A stretch of DNA of 64,000 nucleotides from Octopus sinensis (GCF_006345805.1 NC_043003.1:47430001-47494000), one strand, 5' to 3'. Positions 11,385 to 25,141 are shown, counted from the stretch's first letter. Program-made: numbers and translations. The notes: generated from the letters alone by a model not told the origin.

Positions 11385-11592
11385 GTATTTGTGTGTCTGT
11401 GTTTGTCTCCTCACCATCGCTTGACAACTGATGCTGGTGTGTTTAGGTGCCTGTAACTTAGCAATTCGGCAAAAAGAGACCAATAGAATATGCACTAGGC
11501 TTATAAAGAATAAGTTCTGGGGTCGATTTGTTCGACTAAAGGCGGTGGTCCAGCATGGCTGCAGTCAAATGACTGAAACAAATAAAAGAATA
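11253..11592 (+). mobile_element. SINE family C, tail type 1 (...gactgaaacaataaaaga)
   Basis: Head ggctgtg..gtagcttgcttaccaaccacatggttcc, internal (TA)n, tail shared with 37785-38199. Confidence 0.85.
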
Positions 11593-12439
11593 CACACACA
11601 CACACACACACACACACACTACCCATAGACGTGTGTGTGTATTACTATCGCCTTTCCTTGACATCATGTGATAGTCTTAGACAAGCGTCACTGTCATACA
11701 AGCAATGTCTTTAGTTTCCGATATTCTGTGAAAATATGTCTGGTCATGGAGAATTATTATACCTTATTTGGAAACATATGAGGATTAGTAACAGGAAGTG
11801 CAACCAGTCATAGAAAATCCACCTCAACAAAGTCTGTCTGTCCCAAGCAAGCATGGAAAAGTGAATGTTATGATGATGATTGTCCCTTTTCCTTGGAATA
11901 ATGAATGGATCAATAAATTAATACAATTACTTGCCAGTTTCATATAACTGGGAAGACAGCAACAATTGGTGAGATGTACTAAACAAAATGAGAATTTCTT
12001 CAGAAGAAACACTACAATCACGATAAAATCTGTGGTGTCAAGTTCCAGAAAATTAGAGCTCTTCTGTTTCAGGAAATCACTGACAATCACAGTGGTGTTA
12101 ATGATGATAGTGATGATAATGTTGATGTCATTGCACTGGTTGTTCATAGTGGTAAGGGAGTCATATGAGAAATTAAGACCTTGGAAATTGGTTTCTGTAA
12201 TGGAAAATAGATTCTTGTTGAACTGATGTGGAACATATAACATATACTAATTAGGAAACACTTGAAAGAAAGTGTCTGTGTATGTCAGAGAGAGAGAGAG
12301 GGAGAGTGTTCTAGTTTCATCAGGTGCATTTTCAGTTTACCTGACACTATTAAGGAAGTTATATTTAATGCTGGAGCATGTGGAAGAGATCATCTATATT
12401 TTTATCAAAGAGCTTTTATATTATTATTATTGTTGTTGT

Positions 12440-12660
12440 TAAGGTGGCAAGCTGGCAGACTCATTAGTACGCTGGACGGAATGCTTAGCAGTATTTCGCC
12501 CGTCACTACATTCTGAGTTCAAATTCTGCCGAGGTCGACTTTGCCTTTCATCCTTTCAGGGTCAAAAAATTAAGTACCAGTGAAACACTGGGGTTGATGT
12601 AATCGATTTAATCCCCTCCCCCCAAGCTACCCTTGTGGCAAAAATTTGAAATCAATATTG
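12440..12660 (+). mobile_element. SINE family A (tRNA-derived, (ATT)n tail)
   Basis: aaggtggcaagctggcag head, B box gagttcaaattc, (tta)n upstream and attgttattg tail. Confidence 0.85.
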
Positions 12661-12918
12661 TTATTGTTGTTATTGTTTGTAGTGGAGTTTCAGCAATCTT
12701 ATTGTTATTGTGTGTTTTTGCAGTACAATTGAGTGCATATCTGTGTGCCTTGTTCATACAGTGTTTTTTCCTCTTGAGAAAAAACACACATATTACACAG
12801 ATTATTGAAAATACTCCGTGTAATATGCATGTGTGCCTAGGTGTGCTTTTTTTCTGTATGTTGTGTATGAATCTGAGGATTTAGATTATTATATATTAGT
12901 TTAAATGCAGTCTTTTAT

Positions 12919-13310
12919 ACTAGCTTCTCTGGAGGGACAATTGGGCCTGCAGCCCAAAATTTAAGAGAGCGATTGTAATAAAGCATTTATTGGTACCCTA
13001 CCGATATGGTATTATCCCACCAATATCGAATTATTTCAAATTCGGTTTAAATGAAAAACTTGTAAGATCACAAATTTTAGGAGTTCTTTTAAAATTTTAA
13101 TTTTTAACTGTTAGCATACAACAAATCCTCATCCAGATCTGATCCCAATGCTGGACATTCAAGAACCAAATGAAGGGCAGATTTTCAATCCTGGGATCAT
13201 CCTGATTCCAAAAAGGTATAATATGTCTATGTAGAGTGAATGTAGATTGAGAATCAGGGGTTCCAGACGGACAGATGGATAGACAGAATTTCGCTCTTAT
13301 TATTACAAAT
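12919..13310. mobile_element. Possible Helitron/Helentron-type non-autonomous element
   Basis: actag start, short hairpin ttgggc-ctgca-gcccaa, (gaca)-like tract and tttcgctcttatta end; pattern resemblance only. Confidence 0.25.
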
Positions 13311-13436
13311 GCATAATTTTAAAATCACTCTCAATCATTACATGGAACGTTTCTGTTTTCAGTCCCCACTTTCTGCTTATCGTTATTTTCATGCATTTAT
13401 TTTTACCCTCTGAATGATAGTGGTTAATGTCTGACA

Positions 13437-13661
13437 TTAACCCTTTATCATATTTATTTTGAGATTCTCTGTTTTTCTCTCAATTATTTTAAATATAACA
13501 AAGAATTTAGTAAAATAACTTAGTTATCATTAATCTAGTGTTAGGAACATTAATTGTGACTAAGGTTTGGTGAAAGATTTTAATTTAAAACTTATGAGAA
13601 CAAGACATTTGTACTACAAAGCCAGAGCCGGTTTCAGTCGGGTTAGTAAGGAAAGGGTTAA
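13437..13661. mobile_element. piggyBac-type MITE
   Basis: TTAA (13437-40) | cccttt ... aaaggg | TTAA (13658-61). Confidence 0.75.
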
Positions 13662-15261
13662 ATACTTATTTACCTGTATCTTCTGAGATCAAATCCAATT
13701 GGTGATGAGTGTACACTTTACTTTCAGGAATTAAAAGAAGTAGTACCAATCATGTATTGATATTGATAAAAATCAACTGAGATTTCTGTTAATATTTTTT
13801 TGGTTTGGCAGAATCATTAAAGTGCTTTACAGTTTTTATGTTCTGAATCCATGACTCATTAAGGTTAAATTTGCTTGTGATCCTTCTGGGTTGTTAAAAT
13901 AGAATACCAGTTGAGCACAAGTGATCAAACTCAGGATCTCTTGATTGTAAAGCAGACTTCTTAACCATTCATCTATATATTCACCCATATTTTCTTACAC
14001 ACACACACACACTCACACACACACACTCTCTCTCTCTCTCTCTCATATACATGCTATTATATATACTTCCCTGTCAGAAAAAGCCACTTGAATGTGCATA
14101 GCTGAAATATATTGTGATCTCTAACACTCATTATATAGATTAGAAACAAATCACTCTGTATCAGATGCCTGTCTGTTGCAGATGGATTTTCCTGCAGGAG
14201 AAAATAACCTAAGGTCAGTAGGACAACAAAAACATTCATGATATTGCACAGTTGTAGCTCTGCTTACTGCAGTCTGCTATACAATGTTGTAATACCTACT
14301 TAAGCTTCAAGACAATGTGGGAGCCTCCACTCAGTTACTCAACCTGCTAGAAATAGCTGCTAAATCTCCCTTAAATCCTTCTCCATTGCCCACTTTGTTA
14401 GAAAAGGACTGACTCATTATATAATGTTGTCTAACAGCAAGTCTGGTAAAAATTGCCTTTTTACGTACCAATTTTAGAAACCATTATTATTTGTAAATAT
14501 ATTTGTGTTTCGCGATAATGGTTCTCCCTGTTGCTGCTGTGTCTTGCACTTTTGTGCGTTCTTTTAAGCGATAAAAAGAAGTGTCAGCTAATTGAATGCT
14601 CTAAAGTGAGGAGCCCACAGGAAAAATATGATCTTTGAATGAATAAATAAACTCTTTTACACTTATTGATTATCCTCTCTGCAGTTTCTACATCGAAAGA
14701 TATATCCATCTCTAAGTTCCCTACCTCTGTGCAAATATCATCTGCCCTTATCCTACTTACCTGTTCCTCTGTTCCCAATACCCTCCACCTTCACATACAC
14801 CCTCTTGTACATTGAAATATGTCCTGATATCTTATCACCACCATCTTCTCTCTTTTTCTATCTAGAAGAGCCATGTATCTCTTCTGCAGCAAGACACCTG
14901 TTCCTATCCCTCTATCATATTCTTGCTTGTCAACACCTAGTATAACCCACCTTAATATTACACACCCCTCAATCAAGGGGTCTTGCAAACTGCTTGGCAA
15001 CCTCACTGGTGCCACATAAAAAAGCACTTCGTACACTCTGTAAAGTGGTTGACATTAGGAAGGGCATACAGCCATAGAAACCATGCCAAAACAGACACTA
15101 GAGCTTGACACAGTCCTCTTACTTGTCGAACACTGTCAAACCATCCAATCTATGCCAGATTGGAATACAGATACAAAATGAGGAAGAGGATGATGATTGT
15201 AAGATTTTGAACTATTTGAATAATCTTTGTAATGATCTTCTTAATTTTTTTATCATTGCAG

Positions 15262-15432
15262 GACGAGACCCACGGACTATAGAACGGGCCAACCTACTTA
15301 ACGTGTCCAAATTAATTATCAAGGAACTGATTGACTCCTCGCTATCTCATGGTCGAATGCTAGATGATGACCATGTACCTCTACAACAGTTCTTTGTCGT
15401 GCTAGAACATGTTCTTCGACATGGACTCAAAC
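15262..15432 (+). CDS. RUFY2: RUFY exon A (171 nt, phase 1-1), start of RUN domain: [56 protein letters not shown]
   Basis: Acceptor tttttatcattgcag|, donor |gtaagt at 15433; lies within ORF 15105..15590. Confidence 0.95.
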
Positions 15433-16289
15433 GTAAGTCACCCATATGTGTTCTTCCCATTTTGCCTCTTAATTTCATGCTTTCTTTATCTTTGTCTCTT
15501 TTTCATTTTTTAAATGCTTTCTTTTGTTCTCTTCCTTCTATTTCTTTTTGGTTCTCTTTTTCTAATCAGCATGTTGTAGCTGTTGAATAATAATGATAAC
15601 AATCATAATAATTTATGAAGATTGACTTAACACTTTATGAAGGTAAATACACAATTAGAAAAGCATGACATGATATGTAATAAAACACATATTGACTTCA
15701 TTTATTGAACCTAGCAATAATTTGACAGTACATCTGTCTTTGTCAGGTTCAAAATGAAAAATATAAAGTACTCAGAAATGTAGAAATTCAAAATTTCACC
15801 TGAACTATCTCATATTCCTCCTTGACAAGGATGTCAAGTTTCATGCATTTGTAACTGATTAACAAAATAAAAATATATAAAAAAGAGTATAAAGAATAGT
15901 TTATCAAAACGTCTTGTATAAATCTGCTTGCTACTAGCACCATACTCTGGAGAAATGAATGAAGAGAATTCCATCAGATTTATACAAAAGTTTTTGACTT
16001 AGTGTTCTCTTTCTTTCTTCTTTTTGTCCGTTTTCTTCTTTTTTTTTCCTTGTTTTAACCAGTTACAAAAAAGGTGGAATTTGATGACGTCTTTTTGTCT
16101 GGGAAAGAATGCAGGATGTTCCAATTGAAATTTTGAATTTCTGTATTTCTGTGAATTTTCATTATTTTTGTCTTATTTTGAACCTGAAGAAGACAGATGT
16201 ATTGTCAAAATATTGTCCAGTTTGATAAACAAAGTCAACCTGTGTTTTATTAGATACTGCATTGTACTCTTTGTACTCATAATAATGGT

Positions 16290-17150
16290 AATGGCTTCAA
16301 ATTTTGGCACAATACCAGCAATTTTAGAGGAGGTGCAAGTTGATTACATTGACCCTAATGCTCAACTGGTACTTATTTTATTGACCTCGAAACGATGAAA
16401 GGCAAAATTGACCACAGCAGAATTTGAACTCAGAACATAATGATTCTATCAGCTGGTCCCCTTAATGATAATCACAACAACAACAACAACAACAATAATA
16501 ATGATAATCCTTTCACAAGGCCTGAAATTTTGTTGAGAGAGGATGAGTCAATTATATTGACCCCAGTGTTTCACAGGCACTTATTTATTGACCTCGAAAC
16601 GATGAAAGGCAAAATTGACCACAGCAGAATTTGAACTCAGAACATAATGATTCTATCAGCTGGTCCCCTTAATGATAATCACAACAACAACAACAACAAC
16701 AATAATAATGATAATCCTTTCACAAGGCCTGAAATTTTGTTGAGAGAGGATGAGTCAATTATATTGACCCCAGTGTTTCACAGGCACTTAATTTATTGAC
16801 CCTGAAAAGATGAAAGGCAAAGTCCACCACAGCAGAATTTTAATTCAGAACATAAAGACGGACGAAATGCCACTAAGCATTTTGCTCAACGTGCTAACGA
16901 TTCTGCCAGCTGGCTGCCTTATAATAATAATAATAATAATAATAATCCTTTCTACTAGAGGCACAAGGCCTCAAATTTGGTGAGAGGAGATTAGTTGATT
17001 ACATCGATCCCAGTGTTTCACAATTTATCCGCCCTGAAAGGATGACAAGTAAAGTTGACCTTGATGGAATCTGAACTCAGAACGTAGCGGCAGATGAAAT
17101 GCCACTAAGCATTTCGTCCAACATGCTAACAATTCTGCCAGCTCACCGCC
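16290..17150 (-). mobile_element. Head-to-tail array of at least 4 SINE A copies separated by (TAA)/(CAA) tracts; includes a 207-bp exact duplication
   Basis: Direct reading of repeated units. Confidence 0.9.
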
Positions 17151-17179
17151 TTTATAATATTAATAATAATAATGATAAA

Positions 17180-18295
17180 GGTTTCTTTAGTAGTTTCTTT
17201 GAGATTTCCTTTCTGCAATTTTTTCCTACCTGACATTAAACACCCTTAACCAATATATTAAATGAGACTGGACTTGAATACAAATGTTATGGGAGAACAA
17301 TTACCATCTGTTGTCACATACGGATGACCTCAAATTGCATGCTGATGATCAACAAACTAGAAACACTATTGCAGGCAGTACACAGACTTCCTAATAATAT
17401 TCATAACATATTTGGATTAGAGAAGTGTTCTAAGACAACCTTCAAGAAAACAAAATTAAGAACATGAATATCATGTGATGAATCATTGAATAAGACAGAG
17501 TACAGCACATATTAATGAAATAAAGGTTTGGATGGGATATTATTGATGCCTGATATTAATAACTAAAATAGAGGTAAATGCAAAAAGAAAAGTAATGAGT
17601 ATCAGTTTTCTAGCAGCCTCTGTAATTTATTGTTATAATATTCTTAGTTGGATACTAAATGAACTAGTAAGGTATGGGAGAAATATAAGAAAAATAATGA
17701 CTGCATTTAGAAAGTACCACACAAAATCGAATGTTGAAGGATTGTAATTACCATAAATGCAGAGAGATAGAGAGGTCTTATGCAATTTGAAAAGTATTAC
17801 AAAATACCCACAGTAGGACTACAAAAATATCTAGTAAATAACAATAGAAAACTGATACGTGCAGCTCAAAACACACACACACAACACACAAAACCTGTTT
17901 TGCCTTCCAGGAAATCAAACGATACATATCTCCAACTGAAATGACTGACAGGCTCTTGTGGGGAGTAAAGAAGAAAAAAAAGCTAAAAACTAAACCAAAA
18001 CTGTATCTCTCAAAGAAATATAGTAATTATCCGAATATAAAGATCTGGAAATAGAGATAATCAGAATGCACGGAGTGAAAACAGAAACTCTCAAAAATAA
18101 GTGGTGCCTTGGGAATGATAAAAACAACATACAGACAAATACACCACCAAAGCACCAAGACTTGGAAATGTGCAGAACATACAGAAAATAGCACTATTTC
18201 GCACTGCACACACATCATGTTTAGTTCTATTGATGTAACAGAAAATACAAAACCAAAAAAAAAAAAAAATATAGTAACAATAATAATAAATAATC
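17180..18295 (+). mobile_element. Decayed R4/Dong-clade non-LTR retrotransposon (RT part, internal deletion, REL endonuclease end)
   Basis: HLLSHTDDLKLH (17317-34), FGLEKCSKTTFKK, EVNAKRKV..YNILSW, GLMQFEKYYKIPTVGLQKYL, YKDLEIEIIRM, GALGMIK, IQKIALFRTAH; (TAA)n at both ends. Confidence 0.85.
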
Positions 18296-18328
18296 TTTTA
18301 TCACCATTGCAGCACAGATGCCTGTATG

Positions 18329-18447
18329 ACAGAATATATTTTAGATAAATATTAATAAACTATGAAATACAATATTTGAAAAATATTGTGCTATATCTGA
18401 ATATTTAGATACACATAATTATACATGTATGTACGTAAGCATGTGTA

Positions 18448-18486
<39 letters not shown>

Positions 18487-18645
18487 ACATCTACAGAGTA
18501 TATTTTAGATAAATATTAATAAACTATGAATTGCAATATTTGAAAAATATTGTGCTATATGTGAATATTTAGATACACATAATTATACATGTATGTACGT
18601 AAGCATGTGTACACGTGTGTGTGTGTGTGTGTATACACATGTACA
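18329..18645. repeat. Tandem duplication, period about 164 bp, each unit ending in (GT)n
   Basis: Units start at 18329 and 18493; few substitutions. Confidence 0.92.
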
Positions 18646-19744
18646 TGTGTCTAAATGTGTGTGTGTATATACAAATACAGTGCAATAGAAAATATTTTGG
18701 GTGTTTACTAATGATTATTCTTATTATTAACAATGATTTAGCCTAAAATTCACTAAGTATAAAAAATATAACCAGTAACATCTACGACGACAGCCATGTA
18801 AAAGATGGTAGACAAACATTAAAGCATTGAAGCGAAAGACAAGGATAGCGAAATATTAAGAGAGTGCAGGTGAATGTGAGGCAGGGGTTACGCTCTTTCC
18901 CTCACCCCTGCATTCCTCAACTTGATGATTTTCCTCCACGCACAACTGCATCCTACTCACGCACATGTATGAACACAGGCACAAACAAACCGGTAAATAA
19001 CTGGCATAACTATGATTCATCTGTAAGCCCGCAGGTCAGTATCCATGGCAACTGGCACTGGGGCTGAAGAGGTTTGTTGGGGGAGAGGGAATGGATCGCT
19101 TAACACCTGCACTTTGGAATGAAACCCTTATTAATTCTTAACCCTTCCCTCTCCATTTGTCCTGCATTTCACTAAGCATGCACACATATATATATATATA
19201 TTTATACACACACACACACATTACTGCACTACATTACTCCATGCATGCTGCTATCATATACATGTGCACACACATACATGCATGTGTGCGCATATACTCA
19301 TAAATGTCTGTACTGCTGTCATCATATAGGTGGATGGTGCACTCATACACACACACAGATGCATACACATACATTCATGTTTGTCTCAGTCATCTGCAAT
19401 TCATCTTCATTCATTGCCATCATTAATCATCATTCCAATCAATCATCACTGTCATTTATCATCATCATCATTACCACCTATATTAGAAATTGTTATCAGT
19501 AGGGGAAGAGAATGGCAGAATAAGCAGAGTGCTGGACAAAATATTTCTATATTTTATTACATTCTTTTGTCTTCTGAGTTCAAATCCCATCAAAGTTGAT
19601 AAAATAGAATGATTAAGTATTGGGTGGTGATCTGTGTGTTGGATGATTTAATTGACTGTTCCGTTAAAATGTACAGTTGTGTGCCTGTTAGATATTATTA
19701 TTATTTTTATTATTTTTATTATTATTATTATTATTATTAATAAT

Positions 19745-21010
19745 AAAGTGGTGAACTGAGAGAACCATTAGCCTGCTGGGCAAAATGCCATTTAGCATTT
19801 TGCCCATCTTTACATTCTGGGTTCAATTTTGCCAAGGTAGACTTTGTCTTTCATCTTTTGGGGTTAATAAATCAAGTACTGGGGTTGATGTGATTGACTA
19901 TACCCCTCCCCACAAATTCCAGGCTTTGTGCCTATAGTAGAAAGGATTATTATTATAGGCATCGCACAGTATACAATATTGTGAGGTTGTTGATTGAAGA
20001 TATTTTATCTAGTGGGGTTTGTACCGTTTGTCAAGTCACAACAAGGACCTCAGACAGTACTTTACACAATATGCGTGCATTTCCAAATAATGCTGACTTC
20101 TGCAATACACCTAGATTGTAGGGTATTTCTAAAGTTTTCAGATATTTTTCAGATTGGGTGGTATTGAACCCAATGCTCCAATGACAATAGGATTATTTTT
20201 ATGTTCGACTCTCGCAGCTGCCACATCTTAGCAATCTCAATTCTCGGGTCTCCATATTTATCAACCTTTTCTCTTTCTTTCATGATGATATGTTGATCTC
20301 CTGGCGCTGCCACATTAATTATTATTATTATTATTATTAAGTTGGTGATCTGGCAGAATCATGAGCTCACCTGTCAAAATACTCAGAGGCATTTGTCCAT
20401 CTTTATATTCTAACTTTAAATGCCACCCAGATCGACTTTGTCTTTCATCCTTTTGGGGTCAATGAAGTAAATACCAATCAAGTCCTAGGATTGACGTATT
20501 TGACTAGCACCTTATCCCCCCAAAATTTCAGGCCTTCTGCCTATAATAGAAAGAATTGTTATTAATAAGGAAGCTATCTGGCAGAATCATTAGTATGCCA
20601 GACAAACTGCTCAGTGGCATTTTATCTGCCTTTATATTCTAAGTTCAAATGTCATCAAGATCACCTGCCTGTCATCCTTTCGGAGTTGATCAGTTACATA
20701 CCAGTTAAGCACTGAGGTTGATGTATTCAGCTAGCCCCTCCTCCCCCCAAATTTTAGGCCTTATATCTATAATAGTAAGGATTATTATTATTTGGAAAGG
20801 CAGCAAGCTGGCAGGATCATTAGCACACTGGGCAAAATGCTTAGCAGCATTTTGTCTGACTTTACATTCTGACTTCAAATTCTGCTATGTTCAGCTTTGC
20901 TTTTCATCCTTTCAGGGTCGATATATTAAGTACCAGTCAAGTCCTGGGGTTGATGTGATCGACTGTCCCCTTTCCCACAAATTCCAGGCCTTTAGTAGAA
21001 AGGATTATTA
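19745..21010 (+). mobile_element. Head-to-tail array of 4 SINE A copies (about 19745, 20335, 20570, 20795)
   Basis: Each has head, B box and agaaaggattatt tail; interrupted by a Dong fragment. Confidence 0.85.
19958..20318 (-). mobile_element. 5'-truncated R4/Dong-clade 3' end (REL endonuclease C-terminus + 3' UTR)
   Basis: INVAAPGDQHIIMKEREKVDKYGDPRIEIAKMW..IVIGALGSIP..LQKSALFGNARILCKVLS; (TAA)n on both sides of the sense strand. Confidence 0.88.
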
Positions 21011-21905
21011 TTGTTATTATTATTGATGATGATAAAACATAGCAGAGCTTTGAATAAAATATCTTGTATTATTTAGTCCATCCCTTTAAGTTATCATTGC
21101 TATTAATAGATATCATAATTAGTAGTACCAATCAGAATGCTGTGCAGTATTTAGTTACATATATTTTTGTTCGCTTGTTGTTAATGAACTTGTTGATGGT
21201 GATGATGATGATGTTTAGTTCCAAATCTGCCCTGATTGATCAGAGCAAAATGTCCATAGGGAGTTGGTAGACAAAGTGCAATTCTGAGTCCTTCATTCTA
21301 GACACATCACACCTGTCTAATAAAACAATGGTCTCATGGACCAGTTCCATGTAATACAATTTTTCCACTAACTGGGGTACCATGCTCATAACAAGACACA
21401 ATAAAGTACATTATCATTATCATTTAACGTCTGTTGTCCATGTTCTTGGTCCTTTGTCATCTCATCTGAAAGGTTCAGCATCCTGAGGTTGTCCTTCAGT
21501 ACTTCTTAATTATTACATATATATACATACATCAGTACATATATACATGTTACACATGTAATACATATATAACACAGAAACACCCTGCAAACTTTGATAG
21601 TCAATAAAATGAAATTGAAATTTTAAAATCTATTTTTCTGTGCAACCCAGTACCAAGTGCACCATGGCCCAGTATTGGTCTGCCATCTGGTGGTTGGAGA
21701 ATCCTATTATAAACAACCAAATTATGACTTACCATTTAAAGTGCAGGGTAACAGTCATGGAATGTCTATGTCTCTGTCTTCCCTCCATCCAGTCTGTTCT
21801 TGTATGCCATTAGGATCTGATCAGGTTGGAAAATTTACATGGTTGCTGATACTTTCACTTATCATTTGATGATGTGCAATCTAATGAAGTCTTATTTTTA
21901 GAATT

Positions 21906-22271
21906 CACTGATGTAGAAGGTTGTTGTTTACCAAAGAACAACCACATCAAGTAGACCTACAATCAAAGACATTCTGAGGTTGATCACTGTCTTGTATAGC
22001 CCTAGGCCAACCCGGCTTAAGCAGGTCCATGATCAAAGCAGTTGCCTCCATGACCACTCAGCCTTGTACTACATACTTTGTTATATCCATTTAAAAAAAA
22101 TGATAGAGTTTGATTGGAAGAAGATTCTGCTGTCATTTCTTGCAAGCTGAGTAACCATATAGGGCAGAGCAGGAGTTGTGACTAGTTCGCTTACATGAGC
22201 ATTGCCAGTGATGGCAGTAGTGAGGGGGGATACATGGCGATACTTTGTAAGATATGTTGTTATATCCATGT
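21906..22271. repeat. Copy 1 of a ~366-bp local direct duplication (copy 2 at 25142-25508)
   Basis: About 20 differences by manual alignment; shares a segment not found elsewhere in the window. Confidence 0.93.
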
Positions 22272-24589
22272 TGTTCTTATTTAAGATCAGCTGAATTCTG
22301 ATTGGGCAAACCTATGATTAAAGCATTCTAGCTATGATCCATTCAAATTTATTTTCAGACAATGCATCAGGACTTTTATGCAAATAGTATCCTTCCTATT
22401 TTAAGATGGCAGGATGTTGTTTGAATGGGATTTAGCTACTTTTTCTACTAGATTAAGTAAGTGACCAAACAGAGGCTCTCAAGTCATAGTTGCCAATAAT
22501 GCTTCTATGTTTCTATGTATGAGTATGTGTGTGTTCATGTGCATGTGTTTATATTTATCTGGAGTGGAGTAATAGTGTTTTTAGGATGGTGGTGTTGCAG
22601 TGTTCTAGGGTTGCTGTAGAAATGTCTGTTTGCTTAGCAGGGGAATTTTACATGACAGAGCTAATTATAACAGATCAATCATAGAACAAGCAAAGACAGT
22701 GTAGTACATGGAAGATTCCTTTCTGTTTTGCAAGTCTTGTTTTGTTGAAGTCATGACTACCTCTCCAGGGTTGGTGCCAGACAAAATGCATCCAGTGCAT
22801 ACTGCAAGGTAATTGGCAAATAAGTAGAGAATTGTAGGTTTGGGAGGAGCTTTTATTCCTGTCAAGGACAGGACAACCTCTCTAGTGATGATACCTTAAT
22901 AAAATGCATTCACTATGCCTTGCGAAGTGCTTGGTGTTTGGCAATCATAGAAACCATGCCAAAATAAAGTGAGTGGGTGAAATGTAGTTTCCCACCCATG
23001 CCATATTTTCAAATAAGAATTAACTTAAATCATGACAACCTGTCCAACACATTCCAACATGGAAAGTAGGTGTAAAATGATAATGTTGTTGATGGCGATG
23101 ATGATACACTAGTGTTGTAATTTTCTGCTGACAAAATGTACTACTGCCTGTGAGTGCCCTGAGTATGTTTATGCCATTTTGCTTTATTTCCTGTGGATTT
23201 TACATGTCCTATGTAATCACTCAGATTTTCATGTGTGCATCATCATCATCATCATTTAATGTCCGTTTTCCATGTTGGCATGGGTTGGATAGTTTTCATT
23301 AGATCCAGTGAGCTGTAGGGCTGCACCAAACTCTGGTGTCAGCTTAGGCATATTTTCTATGGCTGGATACCCTTCCTAATGCCAGCCATCTTACAGTGTG
23401 TTTTGGATGCTTTTTTCATGCCACCAGCACTAGTGAGGTCACCAAGCAAGTTGTGGTAATTGATTATATCTGATGTTATTTGGTGTTGCTGGTGAGGAAG
23501 AGATTGTGTATTAGGTATGTGCTACTCTTAGTGTGTTTATTTGCAATTACGTTTCTTGATGGTTGATGTAGGATTACAGATGTGTTTGTAGAATGTAAGA
23601 GACAACTGAAGCAACTTGCATGAGGATTTTTTGCTCTGCGGGTAAAAATCATGCAATTATTTTTTAAAGAATGAGTAAAGAGACATATCCTTGTAATACG
23701 CTGTTTCAGAAATTTTGGTTACCCTTGCATATGGACATGTCCACTGTATCCCTCTTCACCTGAACATTCCTAATCTTACAGACTCATGGGTGCCAGTATC
23801 TCATAAATGCACTCATGCTGGTACTGCATAAAAGGACCCAGTAGACTCTGTAAAGTGGTTAGCATTAGGAAGGGCATCCAGCTGTAGAATCCATGTCAAA
23901 ACAGACATGGAGCCCAGGCAGCTCTCCAGCTGACGAGTGCTTGTCAAATCACCCAACCCATGCCAGCATGGAAAACAGACATTACATGATAATGATGATG
24001 TCATTGTGCTTTATATAGACTTGGCAACCCGGCCATTATATTGCTAGGGAATATTTTGTGGATGTTTTTTTTATTTGTGTGGGAGACTGTTTAGTATTTT
24101 GTTTATAAATACACAGTAGAGAGATAGCAGCATTGCTTTGTTAATATTGATAACTTCATGTAAGGATTTTGGTGTTGGGTGGGGAATGTGTGGCTAATAT
24201 TGCATCTTCACTAGTCAAAAACAGGCCTCAGGTGTTCTCCACAGAATACTTAAATTAAGCATTTGTTATTTGTGGTTGGAAGCATTTTTATCTTCTACTT
24301 AACACTACATTGCATGAAAGAAGGATGAGTCCCTAGCCAATCACTTGCTTACTGGCCTTGTGTTTTTTTACGAGAATTTGACAGACAACAAACTTCTGGG
24401 CCCCCACCATCAGAAGTGAAATGTCGATTATCTCATCTAACCTGCCTCTTGACAGAATAATTGAATAACCTTTACTGAAACACTTGTTCCTCCTTGTTCA
24501 CTGCAAGCATTTGAGGTTAGGTGAGGTTGGGTCTGTTTCATGGCTGGCACTTGTAGCAGGTGAAGTGGGAGATGTTTCATTGACATTTT

Positions 24590-24950
24590 CTTGTGCAGTG
24601 AACTTTTTAACATTTTTCAGCAAAATATTTTTCCAGATTCACTTGTTTTGATTTTTTCTTTTTTCTTGATTTTTCTTTTTCAATTTTTCTTATTTCATAT
24701 TTCTCTTTATATACTTTCCTTCCCTTTTTATTTCTCTTCATTTCTTGAACTCATTTTCTCCCCCTTCATTCCATTTGTTGTTTACACTTTGCTCAATTTT
24801 CTGATGAATTTACTTGAATTTCTGTTATTTTCTTTTGATTTTTCTTATTTTCCCTTCAGTTTTTAAATATATTTTTTTCATTTCCTGATATTTTCTTTCA
24901 TTTCATTATTTTTTTTATCTTAATTTTTGTAATTTTCTGTAATTTTCCCT
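24590..24950. repeat. T-rich pyrimidine low-complexity tract
   Basis: Direct reading. Confidence 0.9.
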
Positions 24951-25141
24951 CTGGGTCTGCACTGTATAAAGTAATACATCATGAAATAGTCGCTAGTTCA
25001 CCAGGGAAAGAACGAGTTGAGGAGGGAGGGGTGATTTTTGGGATGTGTGTTTATGACTGAAGACATTCCTGTGGAAGTATAGGGTTTATTGTTACTCCTT
25101 TGAAAGTTCCTCTGATCCTGAAAAAAAAAAACTTTAGAAAA

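Noticed and set aside
14182-14213. Well-formed 32-nt exon candidate (ttgcag|ATGGATTTT...CTAAG|gtcagt) as the RUFY first coding exon
   Set aside because: Ends in phase 2 while exon A needs phase 1; splicing gives a stop after about 13 further codons. It could at most be a UTR/uORF exon.
15105-15261. ORF-track start as the RUFY N-terminus
   Set aside because: Starts at TTG inside a family D repeat, and a strong acceptor precedes 15262, so this part is intronic
16063-16140. Strong pyrimidine tract + AG suggesting a cassette exon (LTKKVEFDDV..)
   Set aside because: No good frame-preserving donor before an in-frame TGA; no RUFY homology
19745-19957. SINE A as a Dong-mobilised SINE
   Set aside because: By its A/B boxes the SINE sense strand carries (ATT)n, the opposite strand convention to the Dong fragments, and no shared 3' sequence was seen
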